Part shown: one piece after another, positions 28,656 to 36,750 of the stretch
Position numbering within the stretch: the stretch's first letter is position 1
How the letters are laid out: every line of letters begins with the position of its first letter
IMG/VR virus record: IMGVR_UViG_3300030385_002649
Span: 1-64,000 of that record
Length of the DNA: 64,000 bases
Direction: 5' to 3' (one strand)
Position numbers and translations under genes: made by a program
Notes under the pieces: model-generated
The model's input: the letters and a program-made list of their open reading frames with translations, nothing else
What the model was told of the DNA's origin: nothing
Databases searched by the model: none

Positions 28656-29015
28656 CACTGACACCCTAAATTATGGGGGACCGCTGCTGAACGTGACCGT
28701 AACCGCTGACAGCAAGAAGCAAATTGAGGATATGTTCGACAAAGCAACTGGGCAATGCTTTGAACTTTACATTAAGGAATTTGAACCTGATGGGATTGAC
28801 GCTCTAAAGGAGCACATTCGAGAATTTGAGGATCGATACCTGTGACCTGCACTGTTAATGGTTGTACAAAAACCGCAACAGCGGATGATCCAGACGTGAT
28901 TTGTAACGATCACTGGCGCATCTGGTATAATTGCGACTGCAGCAGAATGTGCGAAAACTGTCTGTTAAAGCCACAATAGCACTGAACGTATTTAGACAAC
29001 GTACTTGGAGGCCAA

Positions 29016-30098
29016 ATGGCTACTAAAGCACCACTATTGCCAGACATTATGGCATCCGACCTAACCAAAGTCGCAATTTTTCTAGGGGCTCAACCAGATC
29101 CTGACGGGCTGGCTTCCCAGCACATGATGGCCGAACTCATCAGGATCAAGAACCCATCAGTGATAATTGGAAAATTCCATCGAGGAGACTTCAGTCATCC
29201 CCAGAACTCCACCATGGTGCAACTGTTAGGAATGGACTCTATTCCCTACAGCGAGTTCAATAAGGATGACGGTTGGTCTACTATCATTTCATGCGATGGA
29301 CCGCCGAGCGTGTGCCCAAGCTATCGGACTGAAAGCGGCGGGACTAAGACTGTAATTCCTGATTTCGTAATTGACCACCATGAGCAGAAGGGGCCCAAGC
29401 CAAGTGGTGGGGCCGACGTTCGCCCAATCGGGTCTTGCTCATCGATAATGTGGGAATACGCCATGGAGTCTGGTTACGACTTCGGCACAGAAGAGGGAGT
29501 AAAGCTGGCGACAGCACTCGGCGTCGGAATCAACACTGACACCCGGTTTGGAGGGGAAGAATCCTGTTCTCCCCTTGACTATGAGGCCCTAGCTTATTGC
29601 CAGATTAACAAGGATGATAAGCTTTACCGCGACATTCTTAATTATCCTAAGCCTGAGTACTTCATGGACTTGATGGTGGATGGGTGGAAGCATAAAGTTC
29701 CTGAAGGTAACGTTCTTGTTACAGGAATTGGGACTCTTAACCCGGCTCGTGTCTGGGTCGTACCGGCTCTGGCCGAAGAGTATCTTAAAATGTCCGGGGT
29801 CGATACGACCGTGGTTTTCGCCATCATTGAAGGGCCGGAAGGCAACTATATCAAGATTAGCGTCCGCTCGAACCGATCATCCCTTAACGTGGACACCTTC
29901 ACTAGACAAGCTTTTGGCTCTGGAGGCGGCAAGCGTGGCGCTGGAGCAGCGACTGTTAGTGTTCCCCCTCTGCTTCAGTGTTCTGAGGCAAGCCAAAGAG
30001 ATAAGTTCTATGAGGCTGTCCGAGAAATGATCATCCACAAGACGCTTCAAACTGCCAATGACGGGGCTAGGTCTAAGAAGGAAGAAGCAGCAGAATGA
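29016..30098 (+). CDS. DHH/DHHA1-family phosphoesterase (NrnA-like)
   Basis: QPDPDGLAS, IISCDG, VIDHH, GINTDT, ISVRS, GSGGGKRGAGAA. Confidence 0.85.
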   Translation: MATKAPLLPDIMASDLTKVAIFLGAQPDPDGLASQHMMAELIRIKNPSVIIGKFHRGDFSHPQNSTMVQLLGMDSIPYSEFNKDDGWSTIISCDGPPSVCPSYRTESGGTKTVIPDFVIDHHEQKGPKPSGGADVRPIGSCSSIMWEYAMESGYDFGTEEGVKLATALGVGINTDTRFGGEESCSPLDYEALAYCQINKDDKLYRDILNYPKPEYFMDLMVDGWKHKVPEGNVLVTGIGTLNPARVWVVPALAEEYLKMSGVDTTVVFAIIEGPEGNYIKISVRSNRSSLNVDTFTRQAFGSGGGKRGAGAATVSVPPLLQCSEASQRDKFYEAVREMIIHKTLQTANDGARSKKEEAAE

Positions 30099-30958
30099 TC
30101 ACTGAAGCAACAGTAAAAGCTGGTTGGCCTAGCACCTTAGGATCACTGAAGGATAGAACCTTCAAATTCACAAAAGGGGTCAACATCCTGTTCGGCCCTA
30201 ACGGGTGCGGCAAGACAACGCTGATGCAAATAATGGGTTCCTATTCTGGATGCCCGGAATTTGGAGGCTGGTCCAAATTTGTCGATCCTTACATCAAAAA
30301 AGGCCGTCCGTTTCCTCAGGGGTTCCAGGATTTGGCCCCTGGTGGTAAGTCCCTTAGCGAGAACGAGGAATTGGCTTCTATCGTGTGGAATGGGGCTCCC
30401 AGCTTCTTGCATATGGCGCACAGGTCTGACCAAGACATGCAGTACTTCGGTGAAGAGCACGATTTGCTGACCGACATGCAGCGATTAAGTTCCGTCTTAA
30501 AGCGTAGGTCTTCTGGCCAAGAACGGTTAGCTCGGATTGCTGCTCTGTGTGAAACTCTTCAAGCTCCTCCTGATCTTAGCGTTGTTAATGATTTGGTCAA
30601 GAACGCTAATGATGAGTTTGTTAACGCTGAGGACGAGTTTAGGGCTTTCGTCGCTAGGTGCAAGGAGGAGAACGAGGATGGCCCGGTAACTTGCTTGTTG
30701 GATGAACCGACCCGTTCTATGGACATCATCACGACGGTTGCTTTTTGGCGGAATGTCGTGCCTCGGTTGGCCGAGAGTTGTCAATTGATTATTGCTACTC
30801 ATTGTCCTCTTGTTTTGCTAGCTCCGCCTCCGGGCGATGGTTATTACAACATGGTTGATATGAGAGAAGGTTATGAGAAACTCGCCAGGAGTTACATGGC
30901 TGCGATGATTGATGATGAGAAACTCCCTAGCGTCAACGGAAGTTGGTGGGCTAGCTAA
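30095..30958 (+). CDS. ABC-type ATPase (AAA_21-like)
   Basis: Walker A GPNGCGKTT, signature SSGQE, Walker B LLDEPT, IATH. Confidence 0.85.
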   Translation: MITEATVKAGWPSTLGSLKDRTFKFTKGVNILFGPNGCGKTTLMQIMGSYSGCPEFGGWSKFVDPYIKKGRPFPQGFQDLAPGGKSLSENEELASIVWNGAPSFLHMAHRSDQDMQYFGEEHDLLTDMQRLSSVLKRRSSGQERLARIAALCETLQAPPDLSVVNDLVKNANDEFVNAEDEFRAFVARCKEENEDGPVTCLLDEPTRSMDIITTVAFWRNVVPRLAESCQLIIATHCPLVLLAPPPGDGYYNMVDMREGYEKLARSYMAAMIDDEKLPSVNGSWWAS

Positions 30959-31299
30959 GTGGTAATTAAGGACCCTAGCCCTTGTTATTTCTGTGGTAAA
31001 CCCATCCATCGGGTGTTAAGACTTTATTGCTGGGGTTGCTCTTCGGTCATTTGTAATGACTGTGAGGTTGACCCTAATAATCCCCCACAGGGTGAACATT
31101 GGCCTGAGGCCCATAACTTATTGGTTTGTGAATAGTTCTTGAGGAGGAATTATGACTTCTACTTTAAAGAGAGTATATAAAGTGCAATGTTTGAATCGGA
31201 GATGCCGCGTTCCATTGAAAGATAGTGAACGCTCACACTGTAAAGTGTGCAAAAGCATCATCGAGAACACTCTACGAGTGGCAAACGGAAGGAAACGGA

Positions 31300-31803
31300 A
31301 TGAAATTAACAGGGAAAACATTTGTAATTGAGAGACCAGGAGCCACTGACGGGCCGTTCTGGACTGAGAGTATGAACGAATTCGTGGGTCGTAGCTGTGT
31401 TGTGACTCGTGAAAATGCTAGTGCTTGGGTCTATATCGACGCGGACAAAGGACTTTACTTGTGGCACAAGGAATGGCTAAAACCAGTTTTTAAAGCTAAA
31501 AAGCTTAAGAAACGAACTCTACAGGATGAAATGATGGACATTGATGTCAAAGCTGACGCTGATATCAGTAAGATTAAGCGGGCTGGTTTCGTTCGACGCC
31601 GTAAGATTCGCGAGGAAAGCGAAGTCAAGAAACGTCAAATCAAGGACGACAACACGTCGGCTCTCCTGGATGGTTTCCTTAAGAGGAACAAGGAAAAGCG
31701 TGGCGAGACGAAGAAGACTGGATGGTCTACGAAAGCTAAAGTGGCTCTCGTTAGCGTCCCAGGCGCGGGATTGCTCGTCGCCTTGCTTTACCACCTAATT
31801 TAA
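31300..31803 (+). CDS. Tail-anchored protein with an N-terminal domain shared with 18963..19727
   Basis: PFWTESMNEFVG...YLWHKEWLKPV; C-terminal TM. Confidence 0.7.
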   Translation: MKLTGKTFVIERPGATDGPFWTESMNEFVGRSCVVTRENASAWVYIDADKGLYLWHKEWLKPVFKAKKLKKRTLQDEMMDIDVKADADISKIKRAGFVRRRKIREESEVKKRQIKDDNTSALLDGFLKRNKEKRGETKKTGWSTKAKVALVSVPGAGLLVALLYHLI

Positions 31804-31808
31804 AAACT

Positions 31809-31873
31809 GATCAACCCCCGACAATAGCGACCTCCAAGTTGCATCCCCTCCTTTCTAGTTGTCGGGGTTGATC
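31809..31873 (+). other. Intergenic stem-loop with a C-rich anti-Shine-Dalgarno-like loop
   Basis: GATCAACCCC(C)GACAA / TTGTCGGGGTTGATC arms; loop contains CCCCTCCTTT. Confidence 0.5.
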
Positions 31874-31889
31874 TCTATCTGGAGATAAA

Positions 31890-32027
31890 ATGATCGAATC
31901 TTTAAATTCCGTTCTGACTTTCCTAAGAAATGACCCTGGTCTCATGTTGGGGTTGCTAGTATTGATCCCATTAGTGATCATCTTCTTCTTCGGAAAGGAA
32001 CCATCTGGGCCGGGAAGTGCAGTGTGA
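31890..32027 (+). CDS. Small single-TM protein (45 aa)
   Basis: GGAG RBS, hydrophobic core; below the ORF-track length cut-off. Confidence 0.5.
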   Translation: MIESLNSVLTFLRNDPGLMLGLLVLIPLVIIFFFGKEPSGPGSAV

Positions 32028-32217
32028 GCAATATCCCCGGCCATAGTTTCAGTGGTGTACGGGCCATCACTTGGAACCCACAAGTCCCGCAAAAATTCAT
32101 GTTTCAGAATAAGACCATCGGCATTTTATCATCTGAGCCGTGGAAACACGAAACCGAAGAAGGCGACCTCCTCCTGGTGAGAGTTGCCATCTTTAAGCCA
32201 ATAGTGGAAAAAGAAGA

Positions 32218-33885
32218 TTAATCTAAATTTAAGACCCATTTCTTTTTTCCATAATCCATTATTTTGTATAGACCCTGAGCGCGCCTCAATTGTTCTTCAG
32301 TTTTGTCAGAGGCGCGCTCAATTGTTGTTTTGCGAAATTTTGACTTGTGAAATCTAGATCTGTGGTCGGTATACCAGTAATCCGGCTTTACATCATGTAT
32401 AAAGTTAAACCCGCATTTGCTATAAACGGTTCCGTTTGACAATCTGTTATCACTAAAAGAGGAAACGCTCCCGGTTATTCCGAATGACGATAACCTTTTT
32501 ATGAGATAAGACCATAACCCATGCACTAAAAATGAAGGATGAGAGCACATTCTGACAATTTCATAATTCTCGTCCGATTGCCTACTAGGAGTATGGATGC
32601 TTAAAGCGCCAACTAATTGTCCTTCAAAATACACACCGAGATGAAGCTTAGCAGACCTGAACCCTAAGTAATGATAAGAATCGTAAAATTGCCTCACTTC
32701 GTTAGCTCGCACGATTCTTATCGAGCATTTCTGAGGTCTGATTTTGGTTCTTATCGCGGTGTGCGTTTTAGACAACAAGTAATTCTTGACAAGATCTTTC
32801 TTGTTGTCCCACTCGTCTGAGTACAAAACAATAACATCATAATTCTTGCTTAAAGACTCAAATTTGGCTTGATCAGTTCGATTTTTCCTAAAATAAGATG
32901 AATGATATCTTAAACCATTAAATTCAATAATTAATGAGTGCTCGCGTATTAATAGGTCGACAGAATAATTATCAACTTTAGCTTCTAATTCGGACTTTAC
33001 GCCATTTTGCTGCAAAAAATTTTTAATACTGACGACTGGAGCAGAAACTTTAAAACTTGCGCAGCCACACGATTTTATTTGTTTTAGAAAGATATCATAA
33101 AATCGTGGAGAAAAAACTTTATGGCATAACAAGCACTCAATTTTTGGTTTTTTCTTAGAAAATGTGATTGGTTTTAAAAAAGAACCATTTAGTGATTCTT
33201 GAAATTCAACGAAGTTTGACGGATAGGATCCTTTCTTAAAACCGCTATCTTTCCACCATTCAGCCGCTTTAATAGAGCAATTACCACAGCTTTTAATTTT
33301 TCCAGAGGTAAGATGCGATACTCTTGCTGTGTGATTGCTTCCGCACGCACATTTACATAATAATTTAATTTCAGAATTTACCGATATTGGTTTTTTAGGG
33401 ATCGCTTCAACAGTTAAACGTCCAAACGTGTTTCCAACCCACCATTTTGGGTCCTTTATGTTGGGGTTGATCGTTTTTGTTTTCTTTGTCTTTTTCCCTT
33501 TAAAATTTAGAGAATGCTCAGCGAACTTGGCAGATTTGCTTTTTAATAAGCACCCGCAGGATTTGGTTAAGCCGTTTATCACTGATTTCAAAACAATTGA
33601 CTTAACATTCCCGCATTTGCAGTTGAATTTAACTTTTTTGTTTTTCGAAATCGGGAATGTTAAGTCATCAATGATTGGGTTCAGTAAAATTAACGACAGG
33701 TTTTGCGATAGGTTTAATAGGTCTTCTTTTAACAAAAAAGAACATTTTCCACATGATTTGGATACGCCAGTAGCGAAGTTTTTCCAAGGGAATGTTTTTA
33801 CAGTTTTTAACCGACACTGGCATTGGAATTTTACTAGTTGTCGGCTGTGTTTTTTTAAAGGAGTATTGTTTAATGGGATCCACAT
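32218..33885 (-). CDS. Hef-like homing endonuclease: repeated Zn-ribbons, PD-(D/E)xK/Vsr-like nuclease and C-terminal GNAT/Mom-like domain
   Basis: Repeated CxCG...SCG units; VDLLIREHSLIIEFNGLRYHS; FYDSYHYLG...YEIVRMC...FSDNRLSNGTVYSKCGF...PDYWY; AT-rich and inverted relative to neighbours. Confidence 0.75.
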   Translation of the reverse strand: MWIPLNNTPLKKHSRQLVKFQCQCRLKTVKTFPWKNFATGVSKSCGKCSFLLKEDLLNLSQNLSLILLNPIIDDLTFPISKNKKVKFNCKCGNVKSIVLKSVINGLTKSCGCLLKSKSAKFAEHSLNFKGKKTKKTKTINPNIKDPKWWVGNTFGRLTVEAIPKKPISVNSEIKLLCKCACGSNHTARVSHLTSGKIKSCGNCSIKAAEWWKDSGFKKGSYPSNFVEFQESLNGSFLKPITFSKKKPKIECLLCHKVFSPRFYDIFLKQIKSCGCASFKVSAPVVSIKNFLQQNGVKSELEAKVDNYSVDLLIREHSLIIEFNGLRYHSSYFRKNRTDQAKFESLSKNYDVIVLYSDEWDNKKDLVKNYLLSKTHTAIRTKIRPQKCSIRIVRANEVRQFYDSYHYLGFRSAKLHLGVYFEGQLVGALSIHTPSRQSDENYEIVRMCSHPSFLVHGLWSYLIKRLSSFGITGSVSSFSDNRLSNGTVYSKCGFNFIHDVKPDYWYTDHRSRFHKSKFRKTTIERASDKTEEQLRRAQGLYKIMDYGKKKWVLNLD

Positions 33886-33936
33886 TATGTATCTTACCTT
33901 TGCTTATTTACCCCCAAATATATCAATGGAGAAATC

Positions 33937-35064
33937 ATGCAGCGAAGTAAAGTTAATTTTATAGTCGATGGACAATGGGGTAGTTGTGGAAAGGGCCTAA
34001 TTGCTGGCTACTTAGCTGAAAAACACAAGGTTAACGTCTGCTCTACTAACAACATGCCCAACGCTGGGCACACCATGGTCCTAGAAGATGGAACCAAGTT
34101 CATTTCTAAGATCCTCCCCGTCACCGCTTTCCTCAATACCGTTGGACAACGATCTAATATCCTTATCGGGCCAGGAGCGGGATTTTGTCTTGACCGCCTC
34201 TTCATGGAAATCGAACGATGCGGTTTAGACGAGGAAGACGTTTTGATCCATCCAAGGGCTATGGTGGTCACCCAAGAGCATGCTGCGGCTGAGCGAGGCG
34301 ACTCAAGTGGTGTATCAACCAAGCACATTGCTAGTACCATGCAAGGTTGTGGGACGGCTCGGGCTGAAAAGATTATGCGGGGCGCACACGTAGAACTAGC
34401 ACGTGATTTCGATGTTCTCAAGGGCCTCGTGACGAACAACGGAGATGAGTGGTTCACCCTGGTCCACAACATCCTCAAGGGCGATAAGACCATGTGGTTG
34501 CACGAGGGCTCACAAGGGTTCAGCTTAGGTATGAATCACGGCAGCCATTATCCACAATGCACCTCACGAGAATGTACGACCGCTCGCGAAATCGCTGACA
34601 TGGGAATTTCCCACCAGAAAGTCGGTGACGTCTACCTAGTCATCCGCCCCTTCCCAATTCGAGTCGGCAACGTCATCGAGGACGGCAAGGAGGTTGGATA
34701 CTCAGGAGACTGCTACGACGACCAAGAGGAAATCTCCTGGGCTGACCTGAAGGCACAATCCGGCTACCCCGCCGATTTCGATCTGAAGGAATTGACCACG
34801 GTGACCAAGCGTCTTCGTCGTTGCTTCACCTACTCGGATTTCCAGGTCAGGATGGCGGCGGAAATCAACGGTGCTACTAAGATTGCATTGAACTTCGCTA
34901 ATTATCTTGATTACTCAATCTTCCAAACTAGTGGAAACAACATTAAAGACCTTCCTGATAAGGTTCGGGATTTTATCGCCATGATCGAGGACCAAACTGG
35001 CCTCCCTGTGACGCTGGTGGGTACCGGACCTGGCAACAACCACGTCTGGGATTTAGAAGAATAG
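33937..35064 (+). CDS. purZ: Adenylosuccinate-synthetase homolog with PurZ signature (N6-succino-2-amino-dAMP synthase)
   Basis: GQWGSCGKG (Ser where PurA has Asp), PNAGHT, EGSQGFSL, YPQCTSR, RPFPIRV, ELTTVTKRLRR, ALNFANY (NF rather than TKLD). Confidence 0.75.
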   Translation: MQRSKVNFIVDGQWGSCGKGLIAGYLAEKHKVNVCSTNNMPNAGHTMVLEDGTKFISKILPVTAFLNTVGQRSNILIGPGAGFCLDRLFMEIERCGLDEEDVLIHPRAMVVTQEHAAAERGDSSGVSTKHIASTMQGCGTARAEKIMRGAHVELARDFDVLKGLVTNNGDEWFTLVHNILKGDKTMWLHEGSQGFSLGMNHGSHYPQCTSRECTTAREIADMGISHQKVGDVYLVIRPFPIRVGNVIEDGKEVGYSGDCYDDQEEISWADLKAQSGYPADFDLKELTTVTKRLRRCFTYSDFQVRMAAEINGATKIALNFANYLDYSIFQTSGNNIKDLPDKVRDFIAMIEDQTGLPVTLVGTGPGNNHVWDLEE

Positions 35065-35073
35065 GCCGAAGCA

Positions 35074-35532
35074 ATGACTAATACCTATAAGTATGACGAG
35101 AAAGAGGCGATCAACCCTGTCATTCTTTCTTTCGGAATGCGAGATTTGAGGGGCAAGGAACGTGAAGCTCTCCGAGAACTTAAGGGGGTCGACTTTAGGA
35201 CTCAGTGCGTGTTTAGTATCACCATAGAGTGCGATACTAAACACATTAAGACTAAACTGCTCATGTCGGAAGAGAGCCCTGAGTGGACTTACCAACATGC
35301 AAGAGAATTATGTGCTTATGACCAGACTGAAAAGTTTCACGTCCCTTATATCGACATTGCTAATGTTGAAGACCTGTGGTGGAAAGAGCCAAAGGAATGG
35401 GAACACGCTACACTTGTGGATGGCGAGTTAATCAAGACTGAGAGCGACAAGGTTTACTTGTTTGCTGTCAACCTGCCCGACAGATTGTGTCGAGTGGATT
35501 TTATGTTGAGTACAGAGGTACAAGATGGCTGA
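35074..35532 (+). CDS. Hypothetical protein downstream of purZ
   Basis: ORF track, packing. Confidence 0.7.
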   Translation: MTNTYKYDEKEAINPVILSFGMRDLRGKEREALRELKGVDFRTQCVFSITIECDTKHIKTKLLMSEESPEWTYQHARELCAYDQTEKFHVPYIDIANVEDLWWKEPKEWEHATLVDGELIKTESDKVYLFAVNLPDRLCRVDFMLSTEVQDG

Positions 35533-35815
35533 AGAAGAGAAATCGTGTCTAATTGAAGCGCACGACATTGTTAGAAGTCGAAACAAGAACTATGGCGATC
35601 CTGTGACCACAGCTGGTCAGGTTGCCAGAGCTTTTAACGCGCTTAAGGGTGAGGAACTTCTCACTCCTGCGGACATCCCTTTGGTGCAAATGCTGTATAA
35701 GATCATTCGGTCTGAACACGGTTATAAACGAGATAACAACGTTGATCTGTCCGGGTATACTGACATCCGCGAGAGAATCTTCCTAAGCGAACAGGAGTTG
35801 AAAAGTGCGAACTAA
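35525..35815 (+). CDS. DUF6378-like small helical protein (possible nucleotide pyrophosphohydrolase fold)
   Basis: RNKNYGDP...YKIIR...RDNNVDLSGY. Confidence 0.65.
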   Translation: MAEEEKSCLIEAHDIVRSRNKNYGDPVTTAGQVARAFNALKGEELLTPADIPLVQMLYKIIRSEHGYKRDNNVDLSGYTDIRERIFLSEQELKSAN

Positions 35816-36263
35816 GAATAAGAGTGACAGTTGTATTAGCTTCGGCCATGTGACGGATCTGGTTGAGCAAATGCACACTAATCTTGAGCCTAAGATCATG
35901 GCTGAAGTTAGTGAGCTAGAAAGGGACGTCGAGTACGCGCGCATGGATTTACGCTCGACTAAGAAGGACAACCCTGGGATTTATGACGCCCTCATCTCCC
36001 TGGTGTGCGAAATGCAACGCATTATTCCTAGGATTAACAGCGTGGATAACCTCACTTTCATCAAGGGCTTGGAGATGTTGCTTGGTAATTGGCCTAATCC
36101 TTGTCGTCAAATCAATGAGGTGCGTAAGTTGGTGCACCGAACGATGCTCTTGAACAGGATGGTCAGGGTGAAGCAAGGCATGACTCAGATTCTTATCGGT
36201 GGGTGTGAGCTTGTCCGTGAGGAAACTCGAAAGTTCGATAAGAAATTGATCATGGCTGATTGA
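35805..36263 (+). CDS. Hypothetical protein
   Basis: ORF track. Confidence 0.6.
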   Translation: MRTKNKSDSCISFGHVTDLVEQMHTNLEPKIMAEVSELERDVEYARMDLRSTKKDNPGIYDALISLVCEMQRIIPRINSVDNLTFIKGLEMLLGNWPNPCRQINEVRKLVHRTMLLNRMVRVKQGMTQILIGGCELVREETRKFDKKLIMAD

Positions 36264-36351
36264 TGAGTGAATATATATATTGACCGAATTGAAAATGACC
36301 TAACCCATAACGGTCGGTTTACAGCATCTGCATTTTACCAAGGAGAAGACA

Positions 36352-36750
36352 ATGAGCCAGGAGACTGGTGGAAACCCGGGCGAGGTAAATGATCTGAGCC
36401 AAGTGGTGGCCGACATCCGAAAGGGCGTCAATAAACTGAATATGATCACCTCTGGCTTAAACGCTTATTCTGGTAAGTGTGGAACATTCAAAGAAGCCGA
36501 GGGCGGATTTCTCGTAATCTACGAAGTCGATTCAGAGACAATAGAAATCAACGTTATCGAAGTTGAAGTGACCGGTGAAGAAAACCACTGGGTAGTTCGG
36601 TGGGGCAGGCACTTACTTGCGGTTTGTCAGAACTATCACGAGTTAGTTGGGGCTCTAGTCGGAGATTATGCTTTAAAACTTGTGAAAGTGGCTAAGAAAT
36701 TCGACGAGAAAGGCTGGCCTAGAATAGCCTTAAGAGAGGAGACAAAGTGA
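36352..36750 (+). CDS. Hypothetical protein
   Basis: AAGGAG RBS. Confidence 0.7.
   Translation: MSQETGGNPGEVNDLSQVVADIRKGVNKLNMITSGLNAYSGKCGTFKEAEGGFLVIYEVDSETIEINVIEVEVTGEENHWVVRWGRHLLAVCQNYHELVGALVGDYALKLVKVAKKFDEKGWPRIALREETK

Noticed and set aside
33937-35064. Ordinary purA (AMP biosynthesis auxiliary gene)
   Set aside because: Ser replaces the catalytic Asp and NF replaces the GTP-specificity motif, so PurZ fits better; not excluded without an assay.
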